Assembly: GCA_965197925.1 (NCBI GenBank)
Contig: CBDAOC010000020.1
Location: 480,001 to 544,000, forward strand
Length of the DNA stretch: 64,000 bases
Direction of reading: 5' to 3'
Source: Nitrososphaerales archaeon
GTDB lineage: Archaea; Thermoproteota; Nitrososphaeria; Nitrososphaerales; UBA213
Both the position numbers and the translations under genes were made by a program. The notes beneath the pieces were generated by a model. That model ran no database searches. It saw only the letters and a program-made list of their open reading frames with translations, and was not told where the DNA came from. Position 1 is the stretch's first letter, and each line of letters starts with the position of its first letter. Below are positions 23,340 through 35,221 of the stretch, piece after piece.

Positions 23340-24001
23340 ATGCGAACAATACATATCGCAACTTATGGCGAGGGTCAGGAGGGTATAGTTGCTGGAATTA
23401 GAAACTTTCCTGTTCATAAACTTGTACTCCTTTGTTATGAGGAGGAGAAGGCAAAAGCAGAAGAGTTCAGTAATAGGATCAGAAGCACCCTTGGTATACC
23501 TGTAAGTTGCATAGTGGTATCCGATAAAAACGTAATTCGTGAAGTTTTAGAAAGGATTGCACAAGTAATAAAGGACGAACGCGACTTTGAGCAGATATTG
23601 ATGAATGTAAGTGCCGGAGATAAGATGTAGGTTGTGCTGCGCTATCGGCCGCATTTGTTAATGAAATTAAGGCATTTGGTATGGATCAGGAAGGATGTCC
23701 CATGTTGCTACCCGTTCTGAAATTAAGCTATAGTGAGATTGTCTCTGACGCAAAGCTAGGAATACTACGTACCATAGACAAAGTTAGAGGTGAGGTCGGG
23801 AGTTTGGAGAAATTAACTGAAGTGTCAAGCTACGGTAAGCCATTGTTAAGCTACCATGTGCAGGGATCTGGGGACTCTAAAGGACTGACTGATTTGGGAT
23901 TGGTGGAAGTAAATAAGGTCGAACGAGGAAAGATAACCGTTAAGCTTACAACACTTGGCAAATTGATTATTGCAAGTGGTGATAGGCGCATAAATACATA
24001 G
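23340..24001 (+). pseudogene. CARF-like (Csa3/DUF6293-like) + wHTH regulator, frameshifted
   Basis: Paralog of intact 58760-59425; frameshift at ~23628. Confidence 0.75.
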
Positions 24002-24200
24002 ATTTCATTTTCTACAAATAAGAAATATTCAAAAACTTGGAAATTGATATCACTAATGCAAGATTACTATTTGTGAATTCAGTTATTGCATTTGTGGCGC
24101 TTCCTGAAGCGACACCAGTTTCATTGGCTATTTCGTCCCTTGGGTATTCTTACTTTATAACTTCTAGATTATCTGAAAATGAAATAAAAAATGGGTGGGC

Positions 24201-24387
24201 TTAGTGAGTTAATTTAGATATCTTTTCCTGTTTCGTTCTTAATCCTAGTATCACTGCCATAGATACAGCTGTGATTACTAGCGGATACATCATCTCTCCT
24301 GCACCAGTGACTACTCCATGCCAAGCCCGACATGACAATGAGTGTGCCATCGATGTACTTCTTCAACTTTGATATATGCTCATTCAT
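24201..24387 (-). pseudogene. Small two-TM protein remnant
   Basis: Manual translation MNEHISKLKKYIDGTLIVMSGLAW / GEMMYPLVITAVSMAVILGLR.. across one frameshift. Confidence 0.3.
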
Positions 24388-25981
24388 GTTCGTATGTATT
24401 ATTACTAGGAGTTTTGATTTAAGGAACTCGTCGAACTGTTAGGAAATATGATATCAGAAATTCTTGAGATGTTTTTAGCAATCTCATTGTAGAACTTAGT
24501 CTGATTTAGGGACATATTTTATGAATATTTATTTGTTGGAACAACTGTTTCATAGAGTTCCTAAAAAGGTCATTCCACTCTAATTATAACATGGAAGAAA
24601 CTATCTATCTTCAATTTTGTCCAAACTGCCTTGAGATTATATCCTCCTTATCTTCTCGTAAGGAGATAGAAAGGTGTTCTTCATGTGATTCAAATATCAT
24701 AATACATAAACTTGGGTCTGATCTCAAAGGAATTTGCTTAAACCACTGACGGTGAAAGACATTTGTATATTTTGTTGATCGAAAAGGCCATATAGCGACC
24801 TCAAGTGATAGGTAACTAGAATGCAACTGATGGATTGATGATTTAGTTGTCAGAAATAGTGGTAATTCAATGTGTTGCAAAGTGCTTGAATAATCCACCT
24901 TAGCTAGTAATAAGAAGAGAATAACATAGCAAAACATCAGTACTTTACGTTCTTGTCAAACACTGGAACAAATAAGTCCTATCATGTCTGAATGACAGAT
25001 TCGCAAGGGACGGGACGCTGAGAGGAGAATCAACAGTGATGGAATCTGATTCAGAATAGAACATATTGAGGTAACAATGCCTCTAGGATGTTCATGGCGA
25101 CATCAGATAGGGCGTATTATCAAAGAAAGGTTCTTACCAGGATTTCAATTGAGATCATACATATTACGAGCTTACCTAGACAGACAATTACCAATATAAA
25201 ATAACAGAGGTAAGATAGAACACGACTTTGGTATCCTTCATATGACATAAAGGAAGTATTGAAGACAGGTATGCAAAAAATAAAGTAATGTTCCCTGATT
25301 CATTGCTAAGGGAAATTCGTTATGTATTTAAGCGAAGTGAAGAGTTCCTTGATTTAGAAGTAAAACAGGCTGATAGTTTATAGAAACAAAAAGAGCAGCT
25401 TCATAAAGCAGTTGCTCACACACTAACGCTTTCCAGATATGCTATGAGGAGATTAGAATAAAATACCGATGATATATCTAAAATGAGGGAATAGGTAGTA
25501 TTTACAAATAAAGAACATATACAACATTGCGGTGCGAAATTGAGTAGAATAATTATGGTGTTCATGCAGGTGGCACCAATTGTAAGAAGAAATAATTTCG
25601 TGGGTCGAGCATAATTGAAATGAAGACAAGAGAGTAATGATACTGATTGCAGGAACATTAGATTGTTTTGAATTTGCTGAGCCTAGAGCAGATATACTTG
25701 AAAGATTTCAGTTTTGGGGAACTCTTTCCTTTTCCTGTAACTATAATAATCAAATTACATTGACAAACACCTCTATTATTTCATAGAATCATATTTTCTC
25801 GTTAATGGATGTGATATGCATTGGAGCTTCAAGCTCAGAACATTGAAAATTTCCTGAAGTCCATCTTTGAATTGTTTACAACTTACGGAAATCAGACAAG
25901 CATGTCAGAACCGTTAATATATTTTAATGAAAAGATCCACCACTTTATGAATTATTTGATTCTCTTGGGATTTCCCAACTG

Positions 25982-27211
25982 TTGCAATCTTTCTCACAGT
26001 CAGATTTAACAGCGCAAACGCTACTGCTTGCAGCAAGATTAGTAATCTTTCTTGGGGTAGCTGGAGAATCATTTTTCCGAAAAACTGGAATTCCTGACGT
26101 TACATTTCTCATGATATTTGGAGTAATTCTAGGTCCAGTATTTGGAATAGTAGATCATGAAGCAGTATTAAAAAGTGCCGTATTTTGCTGCGTTGGCTTT
26201 GATAATGATAATGTTTGATGGAGGGCTCAGTTTGGATATACGAAATGTTATAAGAACTGCACACTTCGCGGTATTGATTTCGATATTAGGTTTTGCAGTT
26301 TCTGTGCTAATGGTAACATTACTTGCAATTTATGGACTGGGCTGGCAATTGCTAGATAGCATATTGCTTGGATCAATTGTAGGAGGAAGCAGCTCGATCG
26401 TAGTTTTTGGTTTAATCAGAAAGTTACACGTTTCGGATGAGACAAAATCAATTTTAGGTTTGGAATCATCCATAACGGATATCTTGGCAACAATAGCAGC
26501 TTTTATACTGTTTGACATAGTGATAACAGGTCAGTTCGATCCTAACTTGGTTGGATTTATAGCCGCAAAGGCTATCGCTGTTGGTTTAGTCCTTGGTTTT
26601 GGGGTAGGAATACCTTGGATGTATGTAACCACGAGGCTTCCGAACGCTCAGCATTCCTACATGCTTACCATTGGTATTCTTTTTGTGCTTTTCTTCGTAG
26701 CAAACTCACTAGGAGAATCTGGAGCCCTTACGGCATTGATATTTGGTATGATGGTTGGAAATAGAAAACATCTATCCAGGTGTCTTAGATGCAACCTTCA
26801 AGAGATATCAATTGATAACTCTTTTCATGAACAGCTGACATTTTTAGTAAGAGTATTTTTCTTCGTATTTATTGGGTTGATAGCAAGCTTCGGACAAATA
26901 GAGTATTCATATTTGGAATAGTAGCAGCTGTTGTGATTTATTTAGGAAGAAGGGGAGTGATAAGGATCTCTCTAACGAGAAGATTCTCAATAGTTGAGAG
27001 GAAGATTTCGTCGGTTATGATTCCCAGAGGCTTAGCTGCCGCAGTATTGGCTACGTACCCCATTACGCTTGGGCTACCAAACGCAGAGGCTTATCCGGAA
27101 ATTGTATTCGTAATAATAATGGCAACATTGATAATAACTACAATAGGTCTTGGCAAGGCGAGAAAGATTTCAGACCATGTCAGTAATACCACAAAGATTG
27201 ACCCGGCCTAG
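25982..27211 (+). pseudogene. Cation:proton antiporter (CPA1/NhaP-like), frameshifted
   Basis: FDGGL, LESSITD, PRGLAAAVLA motifs split over three frames. Confidence 0.85.
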
Positions 27212-27360
27212 ATGAATATGTGTCCGAATGTACATATCACCATCTAATCACTCTCTCGTTGAATTATTGGAAAAGTCCAAACCTATAGCAGGATTTTTGA
27301 TTATGAGTAATGTTCGTGATAATAAAAAGTCATTATTATTCCGCATGCCTTTTTGTAAAG

Positions 27361-27761
27361 GTTATCCAATTTAACCTCCCTAACCTATAACACCATTCTT
27401 TTGTGTTGTTACAACATTATTTTATATTATTGATCAAGGATTTAACACAGCAAACCTACCAAGGATTTTTCCCGCTTTCAAGTCTTCAAATGCCTCCGTT
27501 GCCTGTGATAAGCTTGAAGGTCTTTGCAACAATAGGATTAATTGCACTTGCTCTTTTTGGCAAGGTTATCCAATTTAACCTCCCTAACCTATAACACCAT
27601 TCTTTTGTGTTGTTACAACATTATTTTATATTATTGATCAAGGATTTAACACAGCCCTACCAAGGATTTTTCCCGCTTTCAAGTCTTCAAATGCCTCCGT
27701 TGCCTGTCTAAGCTTGAAGGTCTTTGCAACAATAGGATTAATTGCACTTCTCTTGGCAAGG
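27361..27761. repeat. ~203 bp imperfect tandem duplication including the 3' end of the ADH gene
   Basis: ggttatccaatttaacctccc... at 27361 and 27564. Confidence 0.9.
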
Positions 27762-28692
27762 CCAACTAGATCATTGAGATCTACAAGTCTTCCAGTGTAG
27801 GAACCTATTATGTTATACGAACGGAGTGGAATTAATGGGAGGTTCAGCTCGATGGAACCACCAAACAAACCAACAAGCACAAGCTTTCCCCTCTTCCTGA
27901 GCATATTGATACCGGGTTCAACTGTTTTTGGGGCATTCACAAAATCAACAAACAGCTTCAACACCATGGCCGTTCGACAAATCCTTTACCTGTTTTACCG
28001 CATCACCAGATCTGGAATTTATGCTGTAATCGGCACCGAGCTTCTTTGCTTGTTGAAGTCTTTTATCATCAATATCGACCGCTATTATTGTTGGGTTGAG
28101 TAATGCCCTTGCTATCTGGACCGCCATCAAACCTAAACCGCCAATACCTATTATCACCATGGTCTGTTTGGGAGACGTATTCGCATTCTTAACAGCAGTG
28201 TATGATGTTAGACCAGAACATGCTAGAGATTAAACGGCATCTGCATCAAGATCGTCAATTCTCACCAGGTACTTTTCGTCTGGTACAAGTACCTCTTCGG
28301 CATAGCCTCCTTACTGGAAGATTCCCAGTGATTTGGGATTGTCGCATATATGTTCGTCTCCGACTTGGCATGCAGGACATGTACCATCTCCAATCCACGG
28401 ATAAACCAGAACACGTTCCCCCTTTTTGAATCCCTTGACATCCCTTCCAATATTTTCTATCTTCCCTGCAATTTCATGTCCAAGGGTTAACGGAAATTTA
28501 ACACCTCTTTCTTCAACATTCATGATTTCCCCCTTTTGCCCCCTCATATCCACCTTCCCAGATGTGGATATCGCTGTGACATACTCCATCAGATGTTATG
28601 TCTACAAGAACTTGTTTTCCTCGGGGTATTGGAGTCTTTAGATTTCTAACCTCCAAGAGTTGCTTTGGTCTTACTACCTGAGCAGCTTTCAT
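27638..28692 (-). pseudogene. Zn-dependent alcohol dehydrogenase (Sulfolobus ADH/SSA-reductase-like), multiple frameshifts
   Basis: MKAAQV..GVCHSDIH, LGHEIAG, CPAC..C, GIGGLG, GRAVL motifs across frames; ATGA overlap with the upstream patatin. Confidence 0.85.
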
Positions 28693-29201
28693 ACATTACT
28701 CTCCTTTTTTACAAGAACAACTTTTGCATCTTCCTCTCCTTGTTTTATCAATTGCTTTATCGTTACAATGTATTCGTTCAGAACATTCTTCAATGGTGTA
28801 ATGTCATAAAGGTAAGGCCACATGTGCGGAAAGAAATAATCTGGACTTGGTGTAAACCATTTTGGTGCAAAAGCGTTTGGGTTGCCCCACACAGCAGCAT
28901 ACATTGATGATACAACAGATCTCATGTTATCTGGTAATAATGATGGTGTGACTCTCTCCGACAGAGTAAGCCAAAAATCCTCCAGAGCCTTTGCTGGATC
29001 GTTATTTTCCGTACCAGCTATTATTGCTGCATTAATAGCTCCAATAGAAGTACCAGCAACCACATCAAACTTAATACCATGTTTGGCAAGAATCTTGTAT
29101 ACACCGCACTCATATGCCCCCAATGAACCACCGCCCTGCATTACAAGGACCGTTTCCAATTGCAGTTTATGATCACATTTCAATGATAATTCTTGCTTCA
29201 A
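28689..29201 (-). pseudogene. Patatin-like phospholipase paralog with large internal deletion (catalytic Asp region lost)
   Basis: QGGGSLG and GTSIG present; jumps from LKNVLNEY to the C-terminal TIKQLIKQGEEDAK. Confidence 0.85.
28776..29156. repeat. 381 bp inverted repeat, left arm (partner 31141-31521)
   Basis: Reverse complement matches; sense and antisense translations are identical over the tract. Confidence 0.9.
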
Positions 29202-29304
29202 TCCAGGTTTAGAATGTATTAGATATATTAAAACCCATTCTTTAATTGTCGTAAATGTTTCTCAAGGGATAAAACATATCCTAATATGGTAGCGTTAGCT
29301 GGAG

Positions 29305-30699
29305 TTGTACGTGACAGTAAAATCAATCAACCCGGCAACTGAAGAGGTTATAGCAGAGTATGAAATAATGACGAAGGAGCAGGTAATAAGTACTGTAAAA
29401 AGAGCACGAACTGCTTTTGAAGAATGGAGAAAGACCATACGTGAAAGAGCTGGTTTTCTTTATACTTTTGCTAATGAATTAAGGAAGGATAGGGATCACC
29501 TTGCCAGAATTGCTACAAGTGAAATGGGTAAGCCAATAAACGAAGCTAGATCTGAAGTAGACAAGTGTGCATGGGCAATGGAATTCTTTGCCGACCACGG
29601 GTCTATTTTTACCAATGATGAGGTAATTAACACAGATGCTAGGAAGAGTTTCATAACTTTTGAACCTCTGGGTGTGATTGGGAGTATAATGCCATGGAAT
29701 TTCCCATATTGGCAGGCATTGAGGTTTGCTGCTCCTTCTTTAATGGTGGGCAATACCATCGTGCTGAAGCCTGCGAGCGCAACTCTACAATGTGGAATTG
29801 AGATGGCAAAGGCATTCCAAAATGTAGGTTTACCTGATGGAGTATTCCAATCGGTTATTGGAGATTCCAGTACCGCAGAAGGATTGATAGATTCTGATAT
29901 TAATGCTATAACCTTCACAGGCAGTGTTCCAGTTGGAGCTAAAGTAGCACAGAGAGCAACTTCTCAGTTAAAGAAATGCGTCCTTGAACTTGGCGGAAGT
30001 GATCCATTCATAGTTTGCGACGATGCCGACATCGAGAAGGCGTCCAGTGGTGCTGTGAAGGGACGTTTTATTAATTGTGGGCAGAGTTGTATTGCCTCGA
30101 AACGGTTTTTTGTTGTAAAAAAAGTCGCAAATGATTTCATTGAAAAATTCACTCAGAAAACGGAGAAACTTAAGGTTGGAGATCCTCTTTCTGATGATAC
30201 TGATATAGGTCCCATGGTGAATGCCAAAGGTTTACAGGGTATAGATGATTTGGTTAAAGATGCTATCGATAAAGGTGCTGAGGTTCTTACAGGAGGCAAA
30301 CGGACAGAGAGCAAAGGTTACTTTTACAGTCCAACTGTTCTAGACAAGGTCTCTCCAAAGATGCGGATAGCGTCTGAGGAAACCTTTGGTCCAGTTGCAC
30401 CGATAACTGTTGTCGAGGATGAAATGGAGGTAATTAGATTAGCGAATAATTCTAAATTCGGTCTTGGCGCAAGCATATGGACGCAAGATCTTGACAAGGC
30501 AGAAAAATTGTCAAGGTTGATAGAATCTGGCCTAGTAAGTGTTAACAACGTGGTGATTTCAGATCCAAGGATTCCATTCGGTGGTATTAAGAATAGTGGT
30601 TTTGGTAGAGAGCTTTCGAGATATGGTATGTTAGAGTTTGTTAACATCAAGTCGGTGAGGTTCTATGATCAATTAGTTCATCATCATTATGTGGAGTAG
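29305..30699 (+). CDS. NAD(P)-dependent succinate-semialdehyde dehydrogenase (GabD/Sad-like)
   Basis: IMPWNFP, LKPAS, FTGS, LELGGSD, GQSCIA, EETFGP, FGGIKNSGFGRELS. Confidence 0.9.
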   Translation: MYVTVKSINPATEEVIAEYEIMTKEQVISTVKRARTAFEEWRKTIRERAGFLYTFANELRKDRDHLARIATSEMGKPINEARSEVDKCAWAMEFFADHGSIFTNDEVINTDARKSFITFEPLGVIGSIMPWNFPYWQALRFAAPSLMVGNTIVLKPASATLQCGIEMAKAFQNVGLPDGVFQSVIGDSSTAEGLIDSDINAITFTGSVPVGAKVAQRATSQLKKCVLELGGSDPFIVCDDADIEKASSGAVKGRFINCGQSCIASKRFFVVKKVANDFIEKFTQKTEKLKVGDPLSDDTDIGPMVNAKGLQGIDDLVKDAIDKGAEVLTGGKRTESKGYFYSPTVLDKVSPKMRIASEETFGPVAPITVVEDEMEVIRLANNSKFGLGASIWTQDLDKAEKLSRLIESGLVSVNNVVISDPRIPFGGIKNSGFGRELSRYGMLEFVNIKSVRFYDQLVHHHYVE

Positions 30700-31116
30700 C
30701 TTTAATCTAACCGCTACTCTTTATAATCACCTATACGCTGGATTCACGAATATTATAATACCTCACACATCTGTGTAATTCTAGATGAAATTTTTAGTGG
30801 ATATGTTGAATGAAAAGATACAAGATGCGTGTTAATGGTACACCATTTTTCTCTGACAATTTATATTCCTCTTACTTATGAAGGGAAATAAGAATATTTA
30901 TGTGCTGTACGCTCTTTGTTGCATTGAAGCCCATAAGTTGTTTGTTTTAGGAATACTACCTTATGCACCATCACCTGTAGAATAAATTTCAATCTTAACT
31001 TTAATCCAATCCATCATATTTGTATAAGTTAATTCCCGAGAATAATTTACAACGGATAAAGTGCAAATTTTGATACTTGTATACATATTTAATTTGGGTT
31101 AAAGGAGGAAATATCT

Positions 31117-32199
31117 ATGAAAAAAGAAGAATCATGCCCTGAAACGGTCCTTGTAATGCAGGGCGGTGGTTCATTGGGGGCATATGAGTGCGGTGTATAC
31201 AAGATTCTTGCCAAACATGGTATTAAGTTTGATGTGGTTGCTGGTACTTCTATTGGAGCTATTAATGCAGCAATAATAGCTGGTACGGAAAATAACGATC
31301 CAGCAAAGGCTCTGGAGGATTTTTGGCTTACTCTGTCGGAGAGAGTCACACCATCATTATTACCAGATAACATGAGATCTGTTGTATCATCAATGTATGC
31401 TGCTGTGTGGGGCAACCCAAACGCTTTTGCACCAAAATGGTTTACACCAAGTCCAGATTATTTCTTTCCGCACATGTGGCCTTACCTTTATGACATTACA
31501 CCATTGAAGAATGTTCTGAACAAGTATGTTGATTATACAAAACTCAAAAGCCCCGACAGACCTAGGCTCATTATAACTTCTACCGATATACAAGAAAGCA
31601 AAGCCGTTACCTTCGACAGTAAACATATGAACATAGATGCAGAACATGTACTGGCAAGTGCAGGTTATCCATTCTATGGCATAGCATGGGTAGAAAAGGA
31701 TGATAGATATCTCTGGGATGGAAGTTTGCTTAGTAACACCCCACTACGAGAAGTGATAAACGCCTCGCCAAAATGCGATAAAAAGGTATTCATCATTAGC
31801 TTATTTCCACGAATTCATCACAACCTTCCAGAAAACATGATGGATTCTTGGCACAGAGCCAGGGATATAATGCATACGGACAAGACAGAACACAATGTAA
31901 GAATGTCAAAGATAATTACACGATATTTAAAACTTTTAAAGGAAATGCATGAAATGTTAAACACTGCCAATCTTGACGAAAAGACCAAAGCAAGGTTTAA
32001 GAAGATAGAGTCAGAGTATCACAAACTTGCCTGTGCACGCGGTGGTATAATAAAGGAAATTATACGTATAGAGCGAAAAGAAGAATCACATTTCCTTTTC
32101 GAAGATGCTGATTTTTCGATTGCCACAATAAAACAATTAATTAAACAAGGAGAGGAAGATGCCAAAATTGTTATAGCTGGAAGAGAGAACATTTCATGA
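31117..32199 (+). CDS. Patatin-like phospholipase/esterase
   Basis: Oxyanion GGG, GTSIG nucleophile, WDGS catalytic Asp. Confidence 0.9.
   Translation: MKKEESCPETVLVMQGGGSLGAYECGVYKILAKHGIKFDVVAGTSIGAINAAIIAGTENNDPAKALEDFWLTLSERVTPSLLPDNMRSVVSSMYAAVWGNPNAFAPKWFTPSPDYFFPHMWPYLYDITPLKNVLNKYVDYTKLKSPDRPRLIITSTDIQESKAVTFDSKHMNIDAEHVLASAGYPFYGIAWVEKDDRYLWDGSLLSNTPLREVINASPKCDKKVFIISLFPRIHHNLPENMMDSWHRARDIMHTDKTEHNVRMSKIITRYLKLLKEMHEMLNTANLDEKTKARFKKIESEYHKLACARGGIIKEIIRIERKEESHFLFEDADFSIATIKQLIKQGEEDAKIVIAGRENIS
31141..31521. repeat. 381 bp inverted repeat, right arm (partner 28776-29156)
   Basis: gaaacggtcc...gttctgaac matches the reverse complement of the left arm. Confidence 0.9.
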
Positions 32200-33347
32200 A
32201 GCGTATCGATAGGGAGGCGCTGAAGCTTCACAATAACCTCAAGGGAAAGATTGAGATCACAAGTAGAATACCCATAAGAACATCAAAAGATCTGAGTCTA
32301 GTTTACACACCAGGTGTGGCTGTGGTATCGAGTGAGATTCATAAGAACCCAAAAATGGTTTACGATTACACATCAAAGTGGAATAATGTCGCAATTGTTA
32401 CAGATGGTTCCAGACTGCTTGGATTGGGCAACCTTGGGCCTGAAGCTGCACTCCCAGTGATGGAAGGCAAAGCCATAATATTCAAACAGTTTGGCAATGT
32501 CAATGCATTTCCCATTTGCCTAGCAACACAGGAAAAATATGATATAATAAAGACCGTAGAACAAATTGCGCCAGTGTTCGGTGCAATAAACATAGAGGAT
32601 ATTGAATCACCAAAGTCATTGGAAATAGTCGAGCAACTCCAGCAGAAATTAGGCATACCTGTTTTTCATGATGACCAGCATGGCACGGCTACTGTTGTAT
32701 TCGCAGCCCTAATTAACGCATTAAGAATTGTAAATAAGGATATAAAGCAAGTAAGAATTGTGATCGTTGGTGCAGGCGCTGCTGGTTACGGCGTTGTAAA
32801 GATACTTGAGAATGTAGGAGCTAAAAATGTTTTCGTAGTAGATTCCATTGGTATTATTAATAGAGAAAGAACGAAAAATATGAATCGTTACAAACTAGAG
32901 ATTGCAGATATTACTAACAAGGACAAGATCAATGGTTCATTGAATGAGGCAATAAAAGGAGCTGATGTCCTAATTGGGTTATCGGGTAAGAAGAATTTGA
33001 TATCAAGAGAAATGATAGGAATTATGTCAAAGGATCCAATTGTGTTTGCTTTGAGTAATCCTGATCCAGAAATTATGCCAAAAGTTGCCAAGCAAGGTGG
33101 AGCGAGGATCATAGCAACTGGACGATCAGATCATTACAATCAAGTAAACAACGCCTTGATCTTCCCATTTATATTCAGGGCTGTTTTGGACTCAAGAATA
33201 ACAACCGTAAACCGGGAAATGCTCATTAATGTTGCAACTAGTATTTCTAAATTGATGGGGAAGAAGTTAAGCGAAAAGAAAATTCTGCCCTCAATTAAAG
33301 ATAAAAGAATTCCTTCCGTTGTTGCAAGATCGATAAAAGGACATTAA
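32196..33347 (+). CDS. NAD(P)-dependent malic enzyme
   Basis: VYTPGV, PVMEGK, NIEDI, FHDDQHGT, GAGAAG, ALSNPDPE; ATGA-coupled to the patatin. Confidence 0.93.
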   Translation: MKRIDREALKLHNNLKGKIEITSRIPIRTSKDLSLVYTPGVAVVSSEIHKNPKMVYDYTSKWNNVAIVTDGSRLLGLGNLGPEAALPVMEGKAIIFKQFGNVNAFPICLATQEKYDIIKTVEQIAPVFGAINIEDIESPKSLEIVEQLQQKLGIPVFHDDQHGTATVVFAALINALRIVNKDIKQVRIVIVGAGAAGYGVVKILENVGAKNVFVVDSIGIINRERTKNMNRYKLEIADITNKDKINGSLNEAIKGADVLIGLSGKKNLISREMIGIMSKDPIVFALSNPDPEIMPKVAKQGGARIIATGRSDHYNQVNNALIFPFIFRAVLDSRITTVNREMLINVATSISKLMGKKLSEKKILPSIKDKRIPSVVARSIKGH

Positions 33348-33942
33348 TTTTCAGTATAACTATTTCTATACCATCTTATGTCCTCGAACCTACTGAACTA
33401 AGACGACCATAGAAATAAGAACTGTTCAGAAATATCTGGAATAATTTGGCAAAAATTGGTATTTTTCTTATTTTTATTAATATAGCTAAACAGGACCATG
33501 TCGGGATTAGCAACAAGAGAAAATTAGTTCCTCATTATTAGACTATTTGAAATAGTTCAGAATCAGTTTTATGGACTAGAGTAGAATTACAAAAAGAGCA
33601 TTTATCCACATCCTTATCAGGGGATTAGGAAGGCACAATCCAGAGGCAATTGGGCAAAAATGAAGATAAATCCAGTGTTTTTGTTTCATGATTTATTTCT
33701 AAAATCACCTTTATTCTAATATTAAAGAATTTCTAATTCTGTAACAAAACTTTATGATATAGTATACATTTTTTGGCAGAGTCTTTAGCAAAGATTAGGC
33801 TAACACAAGTGTTGTAATATTCATCGAGGATCAATGGGTAATACATCCCTAGAGTTATTCGTATAGTAACAGGTCAGGATGATAGTTATTTGAAGCATGG
33901 GCATTATTCCATATAACAAAAATAACTTGATGCCTCTGATTG

Positions 33943-35058
33943 ATTAGCTTCCCAACATATACTTCAATGCCCTTAATGGTCTTCCTGTCAAGTAGTTGTA
34001 GTATACCATCAGCTGGTATAGCAATATAGAAATCAGAACGATGCTCCTAGCTTTATCGAACCCTCTAACTGGCAATGGATCTATGGTAAATACATCCTTC
34101 ATATGCTCTATCAATGGCTCAACGCTTATGCTCTTCCGAGAATATACATGCTGTCCATATTCAGAGTTATAGAACTGCAGCAATGCCAGTCTATTATCTG
34201 TAGTATGCTTGTACCTTTCCAATGGGAATACTGGATGCCCTCTATACCTGCTGAAATCACATAACTTGTGATCATCATATCCTTCATCTCCTACAACATA
34301 CCTTACCATTCCTGTAGGCAATGAAGATGTTATGCTTTCATACATCTTGTTATCAGTAATGTTAGCTGTTGTGAAATCAGCTGATAATGGAACTATCAAC
34401 GAACCTGTGCTACATGCTAGATGCATCTTGTATCCGAATACCCATCCCTTGGTTCTGCTGTAGCCCCATCGAGCATCTGTATCTATACCGGAGCGTGGCA
34501 CTTCATTCTTCTTCATGCTAGATTTGTGCCATACATGTCCCTTTGCCTTCAACAAGGAACTGTCAACGGATACTATGGCTGGGTCTACCAACCCATCTTT
34601 TATGAAGAGCATACCCATCCCAAGTTTGCCCTTTATCCAGGGCCTTATCCCGCAAGTCTACCAACCCATCTTTTATGAAGAGCATACCCATAACATCTAT
34701 CCTTGATCTTATGTCAATTGATGGCCTTGAACCTTCTGTCGAATGTTCTTCTGTCTGGCAACCTATCCAAACCACATACCCCATTACCTTCCTGTTGTAT
34801 GGCATGTCTATCGAAAAGTATTCATGCAAAGCATTGTTGCTTGGTATTCTTACCCATACTCTAACGATGAAGCATCTCACCATTACTGTAGGAGAATAGT
34901 AGAATGGTCTACCCCTTTTCCTATTAGGTTTTGACCAAGGAATCACGTCAATCAAAAATAATATACGAAGAAGTATGGAGTCTGAGCTAAACATATCAAC
35001 AATAAAAACTAGAACCTGATCTTATCGTTTCGACCGGCTTAATTATGCCCAAGCCTCA
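33943..35058 (-). mobile_element. IS family A copy 2, right end missing, carries 73 bp insert
   Basis: Inverted near-identical partner of 35222-36382; similarity stops at the transposase stop codon. Confidence 0.9.
34583..34691 (-). repeat. 36-37-36 repeat-spacer-repeat inside transposase (copy 2)
   Basis: Repeats 34583-34618 and 34656-34691. Confidence 0.9.
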
Positions 35059-35221
35059 ATTAGATATTTCCCTTTGCATATGACTGATTAGTTTGCCTAA
35101 TCTTCGTATTTCTACAGCAATTAGACTGTTGGTGTTCACTCCAACTTTCGCCAAATTATTTTTGTGCTATTAGAGATATACTGTCCAATGTTATCTCTAA
35201 TGTAAGCAAATAATAAATAAT

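Noticed and set aside
24400..25980. Weak ORFs (24611-24937, 25416-25658, 25821-26009)
   Set aside because: Unprotein-like composition and no motifs; likely decayed DNA.
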